This document shows, one piece after another, positions 18,503 through 28,026 of a stretch of 64,000 bases of DNA. Each line of letters starts with the position of its first letter. Positions within the stretch are counted from its first letter, which is position 1. Position numbers and translations under genes: made by a program. The stretch covers positions 1,664,118-1,728,117 of the forward strand of contig CAWDZL010000002.1 of the NCBI GenBank assembly GCA_963807045.1. Direction: 5' to 3'. This DNA is from an uncultured Actinomycetota bacterium (GTDB lineage: Bacteria > Actinomycetota > Actinomycetes > Actinomycetales > Cellulomonadaceae). Below the pieces are notes generated by a model. That model was not told the origin of the DNA, did no database searches, and worked only from the letters and a program-made list of their open reading frames with translations.

Positions 18503-19399
18503 ATGTCCCGCACCTTCCGCCCGCGCCAGCGGGCTGAGATCTCCGTGGTCGACGTCGAGACGGGCGAGGTGAGCGTCGTCCACACGACCAAGCAGATCCT
18601 CGTCGAGGCGCCCAACTGGTCGCGGGACGGGGCGTGGCTGGTCGTGAACGGCGACGGCCGGCTCTTCCGCGTCGCCGTCGACGGCTCGACGGGACTGGAA
18701 GAGATCCCGATGACCGGGGTGCCGGCCGTCGACACGAACCACGTGCTGAGTCCCGACGGTGCCACCGTCTACGTCTCGGCCGACGACGGTCACGTGTACG
18801 CCGTCCCGTTCGAGGGCGGTGCGGGCCGGCGCGTCACCAACGACCACGGACCCCGCTTCGCCCACTACGTGCACGGCGTCTCGCCCGACGGCGCCACGCT
18901 CAGCTACATCGGCGCGAAGACGAAGAAGGACGGGCGCGTCCGCACGGACGTCTTCACCGTCCCGGTGGCCGGCGGCGAGGACCTGCGCATCACGGACGAC
19001 CAGATCCCCGACGACGGCGCCGAGCTCGGCCCGGACGGGGAGTGGATCTACTTCTGCTCCGAGCGGGCCGCCCGCAAGCCGGGCCAGTCCCAGATCTTCC
19101 GCATCGCGCTCGACTGCGTCGTGTGCGAGCAGCTCACGGACGACAAGCGGGTCAACTGGTTCCCGCACCCGTCACCGGACGGCAAGCGAGTCGCCTACGT
19201 CAGCTATCCGAAGGGCACGAAGGGGAACCGGGCCGACGTCGTCGGCGTCGTCGTCCGACTCCGTGAGCCGGACGGCTCCATCCGGGACCTCGCGACCCTC
19301 ACCGGTGGCCAGGGCACCATGAACGTGCCGAGCTGGTCGCCCGACGGCGGTCGCCTCGCCTTCGTCGCCTACCCGATCGAAGAGAAAAAGCCGCACTGA
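18503..19399 (+). CDS. TolB-like/PD40 beta-propeller repeat protein
   Basis: Repeated SPDG/DG motifs typical of WD40-like beta-propeller (PD40) proteins. Confidence 0.65.
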   Translation: MSRTFRPRQRAEISVVDVETGEVSVVHTTKQILVEAPNWSRDGAWLVVNGDGRLFRVAVDGSTGLEEIPMTGVPAVDTNHVLSPDGATVYVSADDGHVYAVPFEGGAGRRVTNDHGPRFAHYVHGVSPDGATLSYIGAKTKKDGRVRTDVFTVPVAGGEDLRITDDQIPDDGAELGPDGEWIYFCSERAARKPGQSQIFRIALDCVVCEQLTDDKRVNWFPHPSPDGKRVAYVSYPKGTKGNRADVVGVVVRLREPDGSIRDLATLTGGQGTMNVPSWSPDGGRLAFVAYPIEEKKPH

Positions 19400-19440
19400 C
19401 CCGCGCCCCCAGCGCGCCCCCAAGCACACGCTGAGGCGAA

Positions 19441-19469
19441 GACTTCGTCACGAAATGCGTGACGAAGTC
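19441..19469. terminator. 12-bp perfect inverted repeat GACTTCGTCACG-aaatg-CGTGACGAAGTC downstream of the TolB-like gene
   Basis: Hairpin read in the sequence in a locally AT-richer patch. There is no U-tract, as is common in high-GC actinobacteria. It could also act as an operator. Confidence 0.35.
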
Positions 19470-19592
19470 TCCTTCGTACCTCGGGCTCGGCCCGGCCGTT
19501 GTGGCGTTCCGGGCGCTCCGAACCCGCCGCCGGACTACCGTCCGAAGAGCGGGAGTCGACGCGCCGGCGTGCGTGCTCGCCGGCCAGGCGGA

Positions 19593-20366
19593 GGGAACAC
19601 CATGCGTGATGTCGCCTTCATCCCCGACCGCTTCAGGGGGAAGACCGTCATCGTCACCGGGGCGGGCTCGGGCATCGGGCGCGCGACCGCCCTGCGCCTC
19701 GGCCTCGAGGGGGCCCGGGTGATCGCGTCCGACATCGTCGGCGAGCGCCTCGACGAGGTCGCCGTCGAGCACCTGGAGCTGCGCCTGGTGACCGTTGCGG
19801 GCGACGTGTCGCGGGAGGAGACCGTCGACCGCCTGGTGGCGGCGGCGGAGGGCCGCGTCGACGGGCTGGTCAACAACGCCGGGATCATGGACACCTTCCT
19901 CCCACCCGCCGAGGTCGACGACGCGACCTGGGAGCGGGTCTTCGCCGTCAACGTCACGGCCCTCATGCGCACCACGCGGGCCGTGCTGCCCCTCATGCTC
20001 GAGGCCGGTGCGGGCGCCATCGTCAACGTGACATCGGTAGCGAGCCTGCGCGCGTCGGCGGCGGGCTGCGCGTACACCGCGTCCAAGCACGCGGCGAACG
20101 GCTACACGAAGTCGACGGCGATGTTCTACAAGGCCCAGGGCGTCCGCGCGAACGTCGTGGCGCCGGGCGCGGTGATGACGGACATCGAGGTGCCGTGGCA
20201 CTCGGCGCACGCCCAGTCCGTGCTGAGCCCGCTCATGGGCGTGATGGTCCCGAGCGTCGCCACGTCCGAGCAGGTGGCCGCGACGATCACCTGGCTCCTC
20301 TCCGACGACGCCAGCAACGTCAATGGCGCCATCGTCACGTGCGACGGCGGCTGGTCCGCGATCTGA
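19593..20366 (+). CDS. SDR family oxidoreductase
   Basis: TGAGSGIGRA Rossmann motif and catalytic YTASK. GGAGGGAAC RBS before ATG 19593. Confidence 0.85.
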   Translation, partial: GNTMRDVAFIPDRFRGKTVIVTGAGSGIGRATALRLGLEGARVIASDIVGERLDEVAVEHLELRLVTVAGDVSREETVDRLVAAAEGRVDGLVNNAGIMDTFLPPAEVDDATWERVFAVNVTALMRTTRAVLPLMLEAGAGAIVNVTSVASLRASAAGCAYTASKHAANGYTKSTAMFYKAQGVRANVVAPGAVMTDIEVPWHSAHAQSVLSPLMGVMVPSVATSEQVAATITWLLSDDASNVNGAIVTCDGGWSAI

Positions 20367-20378
20367 CCGGGTGCGGGG

Positions 20379-20855
20379 TCACCGGCGCAGCGACTTGGCC
20401 AGGTGCACGACCGCGTGGGTCACCATGTCGGTCTCCGCGCCGCGTACGTACCCGAGTCGCTCGTAGAGGCGGATCGTCGGCTCGCTGAGCGAGCCCGTGA
20501 ACAGGCGGATCTCGCGGACGCCGGCGGGCAGCGCCGTCTCGCCGGCCTGCAGCAGGGTCGTGCCGAGGCCCTCGCCCTGCCGGTCGGGGACGACCGCCAG
20601 CCGCCCGAGGTGCGCGACGTCGTCGGCCACGCGCAGCCGCACCGAACCCAGCAGCCGGCCGCCCTCACGCAGGCCCAGCCCGACGACGTCGGGCGAGCTG
20701 AGCGCGGCCCGCACCTCGTCCAGGGTCTCGACGAGCGGCGGCAGCGCGGGGTCCCCGTAGTGCTGAGCCTCCGGCACGTAGGCCGCCCGCTGCACGGTGA
20801 GGACCTCGCCGGCGTCGGCAACGGTCAGGCGCACGACGCTGCTCGGGAGGGTCAC
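20379..20855 (-). CDS. GNAT family N-acetyltransferase
   Basis: GNAT motif A region (RQGEGLGTTLL). Confidence 0.8.
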   Translation of the reverse strand: MTLPSSVVRLTVADAGEVLTVQRAAYVPEAQHYGDPALPPLVETLDEVRAALSSPDVVGLGLREGGRLLGSVRLRVADDVAHLGRLAVVPDRQGEGLGTTLLQAGETALPAGVREIRLFTGSLSEPTIRLYERLGYVRGAETDMVTHAVVHLAKSLRR

Positions 20856-20879
20856 GCCGTCATCCTTGCAGGGCGGCGC

Positions 20880-21419
20880 TCAGCCGACGGCGGGTGCCCA
20901 GATGGCGCTGTAGGGCCCGACGGCGCGCGCGGGCGCGAGCGGCTGGTGGCCGGTCGTCGTCTGGAGACGTGCCGACGCTGCCTCGGTGGCCACCGCCGAC
21001 AGCACCCACCCCCAGACGGAGGCCGCCTGCGGCGACCGCAGCGGGACCTCGACCTCGGCGACCCGCAGGACGGCGCCCTGGGGGGTCGGCACGAGCGTCA
21101 GGTACAGGACGCCGTCGCAGCCGACCTCCCAGGCGGGTGTCGGCCCCGTGGTCGGTGCGACGAGCGGATGCTGGGCGAGCGCGCGGCCGACGACCGAGGC
21201 GGCGAGCTCGTACGGCGCGTGGAGCGTGAGGAAGCGGCCCAGCGTCGCCAGGTCGGCGTCGGGCGTCGCGCCGCTCGGACCTGGAGCGCCCGCGGCGCGT
21301 CGGGCGCGGTCGCGGCGGCCGCGGACCGCGAGCCAGATCAGGACGGCGAGGAGCGCGGCGACCATGGTGATCTGCCCGACGGCCTCGCCCAGGGCGTAGT
21401 ACGGGCTTGAGTCGTCCAT
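20880..21419 (-). CDS. hypothetical membrane-anchored protein
   Basis: N-terminal TM helix. Protein-like composition. Confidence 0.45.
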   Translation of the reverse strand: MDDSSPYYALGEAVGQITMVAALLAVLIWLAVRGRRDRARRAAGAPGPSGATPDADLATLGRFLTLHAPYELAASVVGRALAQHPLVAPTTGPTPAWEVGCDGVLYLTLVPTPQGAVLRVAEVEVPLRSPQAASVWGWVLSAVATEAASARLQTTTGHQPLAPARAVGPYSAIWAPAVG

Positions 21420-21507
21420 GGCTGGGTCCCTTCGCGGCGCGGGGTCAGCCGCAGACCGCGCCGACCCTCGGGCGCGAGGGTAGCGGCCGGACGTCGGACG
21501 CGGAGGG

Positions 21508-22239
21508 CTATTGGCCGGTGGTCAGCCGGATGGTCTGCAGGCGCCGCACGGCGATCACCGCGCCTGCGACGACGACGGCCGCCAGCAGGCCCAGCCCGGC
21601 CCCGAAGCTCACCTGCGAGGCGACCTCCAGGCGCGTGGCGCGGTCGTAGCCGAGCACCTGCTCGCCGGCGGCGAGCGCCCACTGGCGGATGCTGGCGTTC
21701 TTCACGCCGGGCACGTAGCCCCCGAGGATCGTCTCCCAGACCAGGGCGTACAGGAGGCCGATGATGACGGCGCTGCGGGACGCGACGGACAGTGCGACGA
21801 AGACGGTGGTGTAGGCGAGGGCGGCGAGCGTCGCCGTCACGGCGAACGCGCCGGTGATCTCGCCGGGGTCGCCCGCGGTGATGAGGCACGCCAGCACGAG
21901 CGGGAGCACCGCGAGGACGAGGGCGGCCGCCCAGGCGACGGCGAGCTTCGACAGCAGGATGGTGCGGCGGGGCATCGGCTTGGCGAGGAGGTAGACGATC
22001 GAGCCGTCGTCGATCTCCGTCCCGACCACGCCGACGCCGATGAGCAGGCACGTCAGGGGCAGGAGGGTGCCGAGGCCGAAGTCGTTGACGAGCTTGACGG
22101 CCTGGAAGGTGTCGCCACCGGAGGCCCAGCGCACGAGGGCGGCCAGGGTCAGCAGGGCGGCCGGGAGGAGCACGAGCAGCAGGCCGCGCTTGCGCCCGGT
22201 GAGGCCGCGGATGGTCAACTGCATGACGACGGGGTTCAT
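21508..22239 (-). CDS. ABC-2 transporter permease
   Basis: A 244-aa protein with 6 TM helices. Its ATG overlaps the upstream ATPase stop (ATGA). Confidence 0.75.
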   Translation of the reverse strand: MNPVVMQLTIRGLTGRKRGLLLVLLPAALLTLAALVRWASGGDTFQAVKLVNDFGLGTLLPLTCLLIGVGVVGTEIDDGSIVYLLAKPMPRRTILLSKLAVAWAAALVLAVLPLVLACLITAGDPGEITGAFAVTATLAALAYTTVFVALSVASRSAVIIGLLYALVWETILGGYVPGVKNASIRQWALAAGEQVLGYDRATRLEVASQVSFGAGLGLLAAVVVAGAVIAVRRLQTIRLTTGQ

Positions 22240-23147
22240 CGGGCCACCAGGTACGCGAACACGCTCTCCAGCGACTCGTCCGCCGGGGAGACCTCGAGGA
22301 GCCGGACCCCGCTGCTGCGGGCCAGCCGGGGCAGGGCCTGCACGAAGCGGCCGAAGTCCGGGGCCTGGGCGGCGACTGTGCCGCCGGACAGGTCGACCGC
22401 CGTCGCGCAGCCGTCCGCGACGAGCGCGGCGGCGAGTGCGCGGTCGTCCGTCGACCGGAGCGTGTACTGGTGCGGACGCTCGGTCATGAGCCGCCGGATG
22501 CGCCGGAAGTCGCCCGACGCCGCGTGCCGCCCGGCCACGAGCACCTCGATGGTGCCCGCGATCTCCTCGACCTCCTCGAGGATGTGGCTGCTGAACAGCA
22601 CCGTGCGACCTTCGTCGGCGAGCCGCCGCAGGAGGTCCATGAGGTGCAGCCGCTGGCGCGGGTCCATGCCGTTGAACGGCTCGTCGAGCAGCAGGACCGA
22701 CGGGTCGTGGACCAGGGCGGTCGCCATCTTGACGCGCTGCTTCATGCCCTTGGAGTAGGTGGAGATCTCGCGGTCCTTGGCGTCCCACATCTCCACCAGG
22801 TCGAGCGCGAGACGGCTGGCTGCCTCCGGCTCGGGCACCTTGTGCAGGCGGGCGTTCGCGAGGACGAACTGCCAGCCGGTCACCATGTCGTACATCGCCT
22901 CGGTCTCGGGGACCAGGCCGATGGACCGGTAGACCTGCGGGTTGCGCCAGACGGCGACGCCGTCGAGCGTGACGGACCCGGCTGACGGGGCGAGGAAGCC
23001 GCCCATCATCGCGATGAGGGTGGACTTGCCGGCGCCGTTGGGCCCGAGGAGGCCGGTGACGCCCGGCCCGATCGTCATCGAGACGTCGTTCGCGGCCACC
23101 ACGTTGCCGTACCAGCGGGACACGCGGTCCAGGACGAGGGTGCTCAC
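22236..23147 (-). CDS. ABC transporter ATP-binding protein
   Basis: GPNGAGKST, signature SKGMKQR, LDEPFNGMD. GTG start overlaps the upstream permease stop (GTGA). Confidence 0.85.
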   Translation of the reverse strand: MSTLVLDRVSRWYGNVVAANDVSMTIGPGVTGLLGPNGAGKSTLIAMMGGFLAPSAGSVTLDGVAVWRNPQVYRSIGLVPETEAMYDMVTGWQFVLANARLHKVPEPEAASRLALDLVEMWDAKDREISTYSKGMKQRVKMATALVHDPSVLLLDEPFNGMDPRQRLHLMDLLRRLADEGRTVLFSSHILEEVEEIAGTIEVLVAGRHAASGDFRRIRRLMTERPHQYTLRSTDDRALAAALVADGCATAVDLSGGTVAAQAPDFGRFVQALPRLARSSGVRLLEVSPADESLESVFAYLVAR

Positions 23148-24076
23148 ACGCCACCGACCTTCCGGTACCGCCGGCCGAGCAGCCACAGGGAGCCACTCAC
23201 GACGGCGGCCCACACCACCAGGTAGGTGACTGCGGCGCCCGCGCCGGTCGGGAAGTCGTAGGGACGGAACGACTTCTCGCCGAGCACGTTCGTCGCGAGG
23301 CCGTCCACGAGGCTGAAGGGGTCGAGCGCCGGCAGGAAGCGGGACAGCAGCGTCAGGTCCTTCTGCTGCGCGATGTCGACGAGTGCCGCGACCATCCCGC
23401 TGCCCATGATCAGGCCGGTCATGATGATGCCGACGCCGAGCCCCCGGCGCGGGGTGAATGCGGCGACCAGCAGCGCGAGCCCGCTGAGCTCGACCGCGAG
23501 CAGCGCGCACATCGCGAGCCCGCCGAACCAGCCCTGGAACTGGTCACCCGGCGGTAGCTGGGCCAGGAGCGCGCCGATCAGCAGCATCGTCTCGCCCAGT
23601 GCCAGCACGCCGAACAGCGCGAACGCCAGCCCGGTGAACTTGGCGAGGACGTAGTCGAAGCGCTCCATCGGCCGGGACAGGTAGAGCGGCATCACGCCGT
23701 GGCGCAGGTCCCGCGAGACGCAGTAGGGCGCGGCCCCGCCGACGAAGAGCGCGATGACCGTCCAGAAGGACGTCGGGTACTGGGAGTAGCTGGTGGGCAG
23801 CGTGGCCTGCTTCGTCAGCACCACGACCAGGGCCATCACGAGCGCGGGGATGGTGAGGAACGAGACCAGCGTCCACGGCATGGCCTTGGCCAGCGCGGGG
23901 CGGCCGAGGCCGAAGATGCCGCGGACGGTCTCGCTGAGCAGCGACTTGCGCACCCAGGCGCGGCCGTACCGCTCGCCGTCGTAGTGCCGGAAGCCGATGT
24001 CGTGGATGACGTCGTCGGGCGTGGTTGCTGGGGGCTCCGCCGCCGTGGGCGCGCCCTGGGGCTCAGGAACGGTCAC
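23144..24076 (-). CDS. ABC transporter permease (multi-TM, family unassigned)
   Basis: A 311-aa polytopic protein. Its GTG overlaps the upstream ATPase stop. Confidence 0.65.
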   Translation of the reverse strand: MTVPEPQGAPTAAEPPATTPDDVIHDIGFRHYDGERYGRAWVRKSLLSETVRGIFGLGRPALAKAMPWTLVSFLTIPALVMALVVVLTKQATLPTSYSQYPTSFWTVIALFVGGAAPYCVSRDLRHGVMPLYLSRPMERFDYVLAKFTGLAFALFGVLALGETMLLIGALLAQLPPGDQFQGWFGGLAMCALLAVELSGLALLVAAFTPRRGLGVGIIMTGLIMGSGMVAALVDIAQQKDLTLLSRFLPALDPFSLVDGLATNVLGEKSFRPYDFPTGAGAAVTYLVVWAAVVSGSLWLLGRRYRKVGGV

Positions 24077-25017
24077 CGTCGCCTCCCTCCGGTCGGAAGA
24101 TCTCGGTGAGGTGGTGGCGGCGCGGCTGCATCCGGACGAGCCCGACCTCGAGGCTCGGCGGCGCCTTCCGTGACGGCGTCGAACACCCAGTCGCCCGCGA
24201 TCTCGACCGTGAACCCGTGCGGGGCCTCGGCCACTGCCGCGCCCGCGGTGCGCAGGCGCGCCACCAGCTCGGCGGTGCGGTCCGTCACCTCGACGAGAAG
24301 GACCCCGCTCAGCTGGGTCGCGTCGGCGGTGGAGGTGGAGCGCTGGAGCACGCCACCCTCGATGACGACGACGTGGTCGGAGATCCGCTCGAGCTCGCCC
24401 AGCAGGTGCGAGGTCACGACGACGGAAATCCCGAAGTCGGTGCTCACGCGCTGGATGAGGCCCAGCATCTCGTCGCGGCCGGCCGGGTCGAGGCCGTTGG
24501 TGGGCTCGTCGAGGAAGACGAGCTTCGGGTCGTGCACCAGGGCCTGCGCGAGCTTGACCCGCTGCTTCATGCCCGTGGAGTAGCCGCCGATCGAGCGGTA
24601 CCGCTCCTCGTACAGGCCGACGTGCCGCAGCGTGTCTGCCGTGCGCTCGCGCGCCACGTCGGAGGGCAGGCCGGACATCCGCGCCATGTGCACCACGAAC
24701 TCGGTCGCCGACACGTCCGGCGGCAGGCAGTCGCTCTCGGGCATGTAGCCGACGGCCTGGCGGATGGCCAGGCCCTGCGTCACCGGGTCCATGCCGAGCA
24801 CCTCGGCGCGGCCGGAGCTGGGCGGGAGCAGACCGAGCAGCACCTTGATCAGCGTCGACTTGCCCGCGCCGTTGGCGCCCACGAGGCCGACGACGCCGCC
24901 CGGCATCTCGACGGTGAGGCTGGAGAGGGCGGTGATCGGACCGAAGGTGCGCGTGAGCCCGTGGGTGGCGACGGACACCGGGGCGCCGAGGGGCGCGGTG
25001 GTGTCGACGGGATCCAT
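24073..25017 (-). CDS. ABC transporter ATP-binding protein
   Basis: GANGAGKSTL, signature STGMKQR, LDEPTNGLD. It is the first gene of a 4-gene translationally coupled operon. Confidence 0.85.
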   Translation of the reverse strand: MDPVDTTAPLGAPVSVATHGLTRTFGPITALSSLTVEMPGGVVGLVGANGAGKSTLIKVLLGLLPPSSGRAEVLGMDPVTQGLAIRQAVGYMPESDCLPPDVSATEFVVHMARMSGLPSDVARERTADTLRHVGLYEERYRSIGGYSTGMKQRVKLAQALVHDPKLVFLDEPTNGLDPAGRDEMLGLIQRVSTDFGISVVVTSHLLGELERISDHVVVIEGGVLQRSTSTADATQLSGVLLVEVTDRTAELVARLRTAGAAVAEAPHGFTVEIAGDWVFDAVTEGAAEPRGRARPDAAAPPPPHRDLPTGGRRR

Positions 25018-25179
25018 GGGAGCGATCCTGCCGTGTGGCGCCGACAGGGGCCATCGGTTGTCACCCTGAGCGCACCCTGAGCGGGGGTCAGCCCTGGGTC
25101 GTACGCGTCAGGCGGCGTCGGAGCGCGATCAGGCCGCTCGCGGTGATGGTGATGCGTGGCGCAGGCGGTCCGTCACCGA

Positions 25180-25692
25180 TCAGCCGCCGGAGACAAGCTG
25201 TGGCGAGTCGGCGTAAGGCTCGCAGGGATCCGACCCGGGGGGCACGGTTGCCGGGTAGTCGGGTTCTCGTGCCTCGAAGTCGTCGAGGTACGCCTGCCAC
25301 TCGGCGTCGGTGTCGAAGTACAGCGAGATGCCCTGGCACGCCAGCTCGCGGTTGTTGGCGCTGATCGTCGCCAGGCCCTGATCTTGCAGGTCGGCAAGCT
25401 CGTCGGCCGTCAGGTAGCGCCCGTGGTAGGCGGGTCGTAGGGAGCCGCCGTCGATGGCCACGGAGCCGTCATCCTGTCGCCAGATCGACGGACCACCGAG
25501 CACATGGCTCGCAAGGGCCGCGCCCCCTGTCAGCAGCACGGCGCCGACTGTGATGGACGCCAGCATGCCGACGCGTGGTGCAGGCTTACGACCCGTCTGC
25601 TCGTGGCGGGTGATCTCGTCCATGAGGTGGTCCTTCCGACGACGCAGGCGGCGCTCGTCCAGGAACACCCGATCGACCTTCAGCGGGTCCAT
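25180..25692 (-). CDS. putative anti-sigma factor (single-TM)
   Basis: Lies immediately downstream of the ECF sigma gene and overlaps it by 13 nt. It has one TM helix and an extracytoplasmic domain. Confidence 0.5.
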   Translation of the reverse strand: MDPLKVDRVFLDERRLRRRKDHLMDEITRHEQTGRKPAPRVGMLASITVGAVLLTGGAALASHVLGGPSIWRQDDGSVAIDGGSLRPAYHGRYLTADELADLQDQGLATISANNRELACQGISLYFDTDAEWQAYLDDFEAREPDYPATVPPGSDPCEPYADSPQLVSGG

Positions 25693-26348
25693 CCGTGACC
25701 TCCCAGCGCCGGAGCGCGGCGTTCACGCTCGTCCCGTTCGTGTCCGCACCGAGGGGTCGGGTCGGTCGGTTCACCCATATGGCCCATGGATCTCAGCCGA
25801 GCGCGCGCCCTGGCCAGCCGCGACTTGACCGTGCCCTCCGGCACGCCGAGGACCTGGGCCACAACTGCCGTACTCAGGCCCTCGAAGGCGCACAGCTCGA
25901 CGACCTGCCGTTCCTTCGTGCTCAACCTCTCGACAGCCGCCAGAACGCTGCCCAGCTCGGCCACGTCGTCGAGCCGCTCGCCGACGAGCTCAGCCTCGTC
26001 AAGGCTCACGTCCAGCGCCGGCAACCGCCGCATTGCTGCCCGATGGCGGCGGAGCGAGCGGCGTTGGTTGCGGACCACGTTCGCGGCGACACCGAGCAAC
26101 CAGGGACGCAGCGTGCCGTCCACGACGACGAGTCGAGAACGCGTTCGCCATGCCTCCAGGAAGACCACCGACATCAGGTCCTCGGCGTCAACGCCCAATG
26201 TCGGCACGGCACCGTGCCGCCAGCAGTATCGGTATACGTCCTGGGCATACCTGTCGAAGACGACGCCGAAGGCCCCCGTATCCCCTTCCGCCGCCTTCAC
26301 GGCAAGCTCTGCGTCGCACCGTGGCGATGCTCGATCGTCGTCCCCCAT
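25680..26348 (-). CDS. RNA polymerase ECF-type sigma-70 factor
   Basis: Region 2 (DAEDLMSVVFLEAWR) and region 4 HTH (STKERQVVELCAFEGLSTAVVAQVLGVPEGTVKSRL). Confidence 0.8.
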   Translation of the reverse strand: MGDDDRASPRCDAELAVKAAEGDTGAFGVVFDRYAQDVYRYCWRHGAVPTLGVDAEDLMSVVFLEAWRTRSRLVVVDGTLRPWLLGVAANVVRNQRRSLRRHRAAMRRLPALDVSLDEAELVGERLDDVAELGSVLAAVERLSTKERQVVELCAFEGLSTAVVAQVLGVPEGTVKSRLARARARLRSMGHMGEPTDPTPRCGHERDERERRAPALGGHGWTR

Positions 26349-26423
26349 GTCCCCCCATCGACCCAGGCGACGGCCAACTCAAGGTGGCTGCCCCTCGCGG
26401 CCCGGACTCGAGCTCGCACTGCC

Positions 26424-27329
26424 TCACTGGGCGGCGTCGGGGAGGGCCAGGGTGATGCGGTTGCGCCAGGGGTCCCACGTCACGAGGGAGCGACCGTCGT
26501 CCTCCACGGGCAGCGCGCGGTGGTGCAGGCGCGCGGCTGCGGCGTCGAGCTCCGTGCGGTCCGCGACCGTGACGGTCACCCCGCCGAGGCCCAGCGTGGA
26601 CGCGCGCGGGCCGGCGCCGCGGCTCTGCCACGTGTTGACCGCGAGGTGGTGGTGGTAGCCGCCCGCGCTGAGGAACAGGGCACCCGGTACCTCGAACGTC
26701 GTCGCGAACCCCAGGGCGTCGGCGTAGAACTCGCGCGCCGGGGCGATCTCGCCCACCTGGAGGTGCACGTGCCCGACCTTCGCGGCGGCGTCGTGCAGCG
26801 CGCTCGCGGCCGCCTCGGTGAGGTGGGTGCGCAGGAAGTCCTGAGGGTCGAGAGCGAGCGTGTCCATGAGCACCTGGCCGTCGCGGTGCGCCCACTGTGC
26901 TCGCGGCCGGTCGACGTACAGCTCGATGCCGTTGCCGTCCGGGTCCGTGAAGTAGAACGCCTGGCTGACCAGGTGGTCCGCGCTGCCGACGAACTGTGAG
27001 CGGGGGTGCCGGGCCGTGGCCAGGACGCTGGCGGCCAGGTCCGCCTCGGTGTCGAACAGGATCGCCGTGTGGAAGAGGCCGGCCTCGCCCCGGCGCGCGG
27101 CGGGGAGGCCGGGCGTGTGCTGCAGGGTGAGTACCGGCGTCGTGCCCCGGCCCAGGACGGCGAGCCCGTCGCCCTCCGCGAGCGGCGTGAGCCCGACGGC
27201 GTCGCGGTAGTAGGCGGCGAGCCCGGCCAGGTCGTCGGTATGGAGGGTGACGGCGCTGACGTCGGTCGCGTCACCGAGGAGGTCGCGGGGCGCGCTCATC
27301 GCACGCCGCCGGGCGGTCACCGTGGTCAT
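26424..27329 (-). CDS. VOC family (glyoxalase/extradiol dioxygenase-like) two-domain protein
   Basis: Two glyoxalase-like modules. AGGAGG RBS precedes ATG 27329. The track ORF extends further 5' as non-coding read-through. Confidence 0.75.
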   Translation of the reverse strand: MTTVTARRRAMSAPRDLLGDATDVSAVTLHTDDLAGLAAYYRDAVGLTPLAEGDGLAVLGRGTTPVLTLQHTPGLPAARRGEAGLFHTAILFDTEADLAASVLATARHPRSQFVGSADHLVSQAFYFTDPDGNGIELYVDRPRAQWAHRDGQVLMDTLALDPQDFLRTHLTEAAASALHDAAAKVGHVHLQVGEIAPAREFYADALGFATTFEVPGALFLSAGGYHHHLAVNTWQSRGAGPRASTLGLGGVTVTVADRTELDAAAARLHHRALPVEDDGRSLVTWDPWRNRITLALPDAAQ

Positions 27330-27450
27330 GCGGTCCTCCTGGTGCTCGGGGGCGGTGGCCTGGTGGGCCGACGCCCGCGGTGGTTGAAGCGACAAGCATC
27401 ACTGTAGGGCCGAGTGGTTGTAGCGTCAACTAATCGGCTAGGCTCGCCGC

Positions 27451-27951
27451 ATGAGCACCGAGACCCCCTGGCTGGACGACGAGCAGCTCGACGCCTGGAT
27501 CCGGCTGATCGCCGTGGTCGAGCTGCTGCCCGGCGTCCTCGACGCCCAGCTCCGGCGCGACTCGGACCTCTCGCACTTCGAGTACCTCGTCCTCGCGATG
27601 CTGTCCGAGGCGCCCGACCGGAGCCTGCGGATGACGGCGCTCGCCGCGCGCACCAACGCGACGCTCGCGCGGCTCTCGCACGTCGTCAGCCGGCTCGAGA
27701 ACCGTGGCCTCGTCGCGCGCCGTCCGTGCCCGGGGGACCGCCGCGCCACCAACGCGACGCTCACCGACGCCGGCTGGGACGCCGTCGTCACGGCCGCGCC
27801 CGGGCACGTCGCGACCGTGCGCGCGAACGTCGTCGACGCCCTCACGCGCGAGCAGGTGGCCCAGCTGGGCGGGATCGCCGCGGCGATCCTGGAACGCCTC
27901 GACCCGACCGGCGCGATGACCGAGCCCTACCGGCGGCCCGCGGGGCGCTGA
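27451..27951 (+). CDS. MarR family transcriptional regulator
   Basis: Winged-HTH (TALAARTNATLARLSHVVSRLENRGLVARRPCPGDRR). GTTG-N6-CAAC palindromes lie upstream. Confidence 0.8.
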   Translation: MSTETPWLDDEQLDAWIRLIAVVELLPGVLDAQLRRDSDLSHFEYLVLAMLSEAPDRSLRMTALAARTNATLARLSHVVSRLENRGLVARRPCPGDRRATNATLTDAGWDAVVTAAPGHVATVRANVVDALTREQVAQLGGIAAAILERLDPTGAMTEPYRRPAGR

Positions 27952-28026
27952 GGGCCGGCCGGGACGGCGACGGCCCGCCACCCGCCGGAGCGGGGGACGG
28001 GCCGTCGGCCGGCCGGGCGGGACGCG

